From: Rhodosorus marinus CCMP1338
Taxonomy: Eukaryota > Plantae > Rhodophyta
Assembly: GCA_029953675.1 (NCBI GenBank)
Contig: JAMWBK010000001.1
Coordinates: forward strand, 496,001 to 560,000
Direction of reading: 5' to 3'
Length of the DNA stretch: 64,000 bases
Each line of letters opens with the position of its first letter. Within the stretch, counting starts at the first letter, position 1. Shown here in pieces: positions 62,620 through 64,000 of this stretch. Below the pieces are notes generated by a model, which saw nothing but the letters and a program-made list of their open reading frames with translations, was not told where the DNA came from and ran no database searches. The position numbers and the translations under genes were made by a program.

Positions 62620-63630
62620 TTCACCTCGAGATCATCATGTTCAAAAGTTTCGTCTATACAATATCCGTGGATGCTTCGGAATCAGTTGGAATCGAGGAAT
62701 CGATCATTGTCTGATGATAATTTTTAGTGGGGGTGATGCTTAGAGGCCCATTTTGTCGCGATTGCCAGATTTTAAGGGGGGGTTGGGTTAGGAAATGGAT
62801 TGCAATAAAAAGGATGATTATCGGGAACTTTAATGCGAGTGGTTGTGAACGAGTAGGGGGAGGTCCGGTTAGGTCCTGTTCATAATGACTGAGATAAGTC
62901 ATTTTCAATTTGTTTGGTGAGTCACGTGCCCTTTGATCCGAAATATTTGCACCATTTACAGTTTAACCGTCCGATATCCTGTAGCGCGGAGAGCATGCAA
63001 AGGCAGCCTCGATTGCCACCTTCCGATTCTTTCTCGCATTTTCAGGAGTTTCCTTTGGGGGAGTGGCTCGCCCAGAGCTCGTCTCGCTCGATTACGCCCA
63101 AAAGTCTCTATCTTCTGCTTCCAATGCTTAAAGGCGGGGTACCCCTTCTCCCTACCTGAAAGGATCGGGGGCGACTGAACTGTCCTCATGTCGACCGTCG
63201 ACTTTACCCCCCCTAGCTTAATTGTCTATTAAACATTCTACTGGTCTGCCCGCAATAGATCCTGCTGCGGTAAGCGTGTTACCCCGTCGTCGCAGCTCGA
63301 CGGTGGGTGGGATGCTAGTTGTCTGACCCTTGGACGGCATCCCTCGTCCAGAGTCGCCTAGTTTTCCGCAACGCGGGATACCCGCTCTACCTCCGCCTGC
63401 AGATAGGCAAGCCGCTGTGGGCAGTCCTTTTGCAGGTGCCCTTCCTCGCGCCATCGGTAACATATCAGACGCCGTGTATAGGGTCCTTGTGACGTGGAGG
63501 GTGACCCCATGCTGCGCGCATGTGGTCGACGCGGTGACGCTGTGCGGGGCTTGCAGTTTTAACATGAGGCTCGTTAAATCGTCGCAAACTGACCAACAAT
63601 GGGGGAGACAGGGTGAGGGAAGGAGCAAAT
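62620..63630 (-). mobile_element. Decayed Ty3/gypsy LTR-retrotransposon gag-pro-pol fragment
   Basis: In canonical order: degenerate zinc knuckle (PRCGKLGDSGRGMPSK), aspartic protease (TLTAAGSIAGRPVECLIDN*A) and RT-proximal LTGPPPTRSQPLALKF (cf. LPGLPP.R..H.I.L). Contains stops and frameshifts. Confidence 0.6.
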
Positions 63631-64000
63631 GTGACTGTTAAAGTAATAATGCTGCAAATACATGAGAACGCTTAAAAAACAAGGGACAAAGCTTTTCTTG
63701 GATATCCAGAATTTTCTCAGGGGAACGAAAAAAAAAGCTAATAATTTTATTCGAAATAGAGGATTGCTCATTGTCGTAGGACTGGAGACTTGTTTATTTT
63801 TATTTTTTTTCTGGCAACCAGCAGAGAGTTTGCTCTCAGCGTTTCCTAAGAGATCGCGATCGGATCCTCCTTTTTTTTTTCCGTTGAGAAGATGAGCAAG
63901 TCATTCATTTTGAGGCTTAGTTGTTAAGCTCAGCTGTTCAGCTTAGTTAGGGTTTGGATCGATGAGGATCAAGTGGATTGGGGTGGATGGATAAATGCCC

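Overview
This is eukaryotic nuclear DNA, not prokaryotic: compact genes with many short GT-AG introns, separated by AT-rich, TE-littered spacers. The taxon is inferred to be a red alga or a similar alga, mainly from the Phe-containing N-terminal transit peptide of PPOX. Recognisable genes: a partial nucleoredoxin-like gene at the left edge, ISN1, three tandem intronless C2H2 zinc-finger genes sharing an unnamed ~250-aa N-terminal domain, a hemerythrin-like hypothetical, PDS5, a SHAQKYF-type MYB, a complete protein-only RNase P (PRORP), Mis18, RlmN, enolase, a membrane-anchored alpha-carbonic-anhydrase-related protein lacking two Zn ligands, a zf-4CXXC_R1 protein, GDT1/UPF0016, an F-box/LRR protein and plastid PPOX. 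Decayed hAT, LINE-like and Ty3/gypsy remnants and several short repeats fill the gaps. I saw no rRNA, tRNA or CRISPR array. Exon boundaries were assembled by eye, family calls rest on motif recognition without database searches, and some start sites are approximate.
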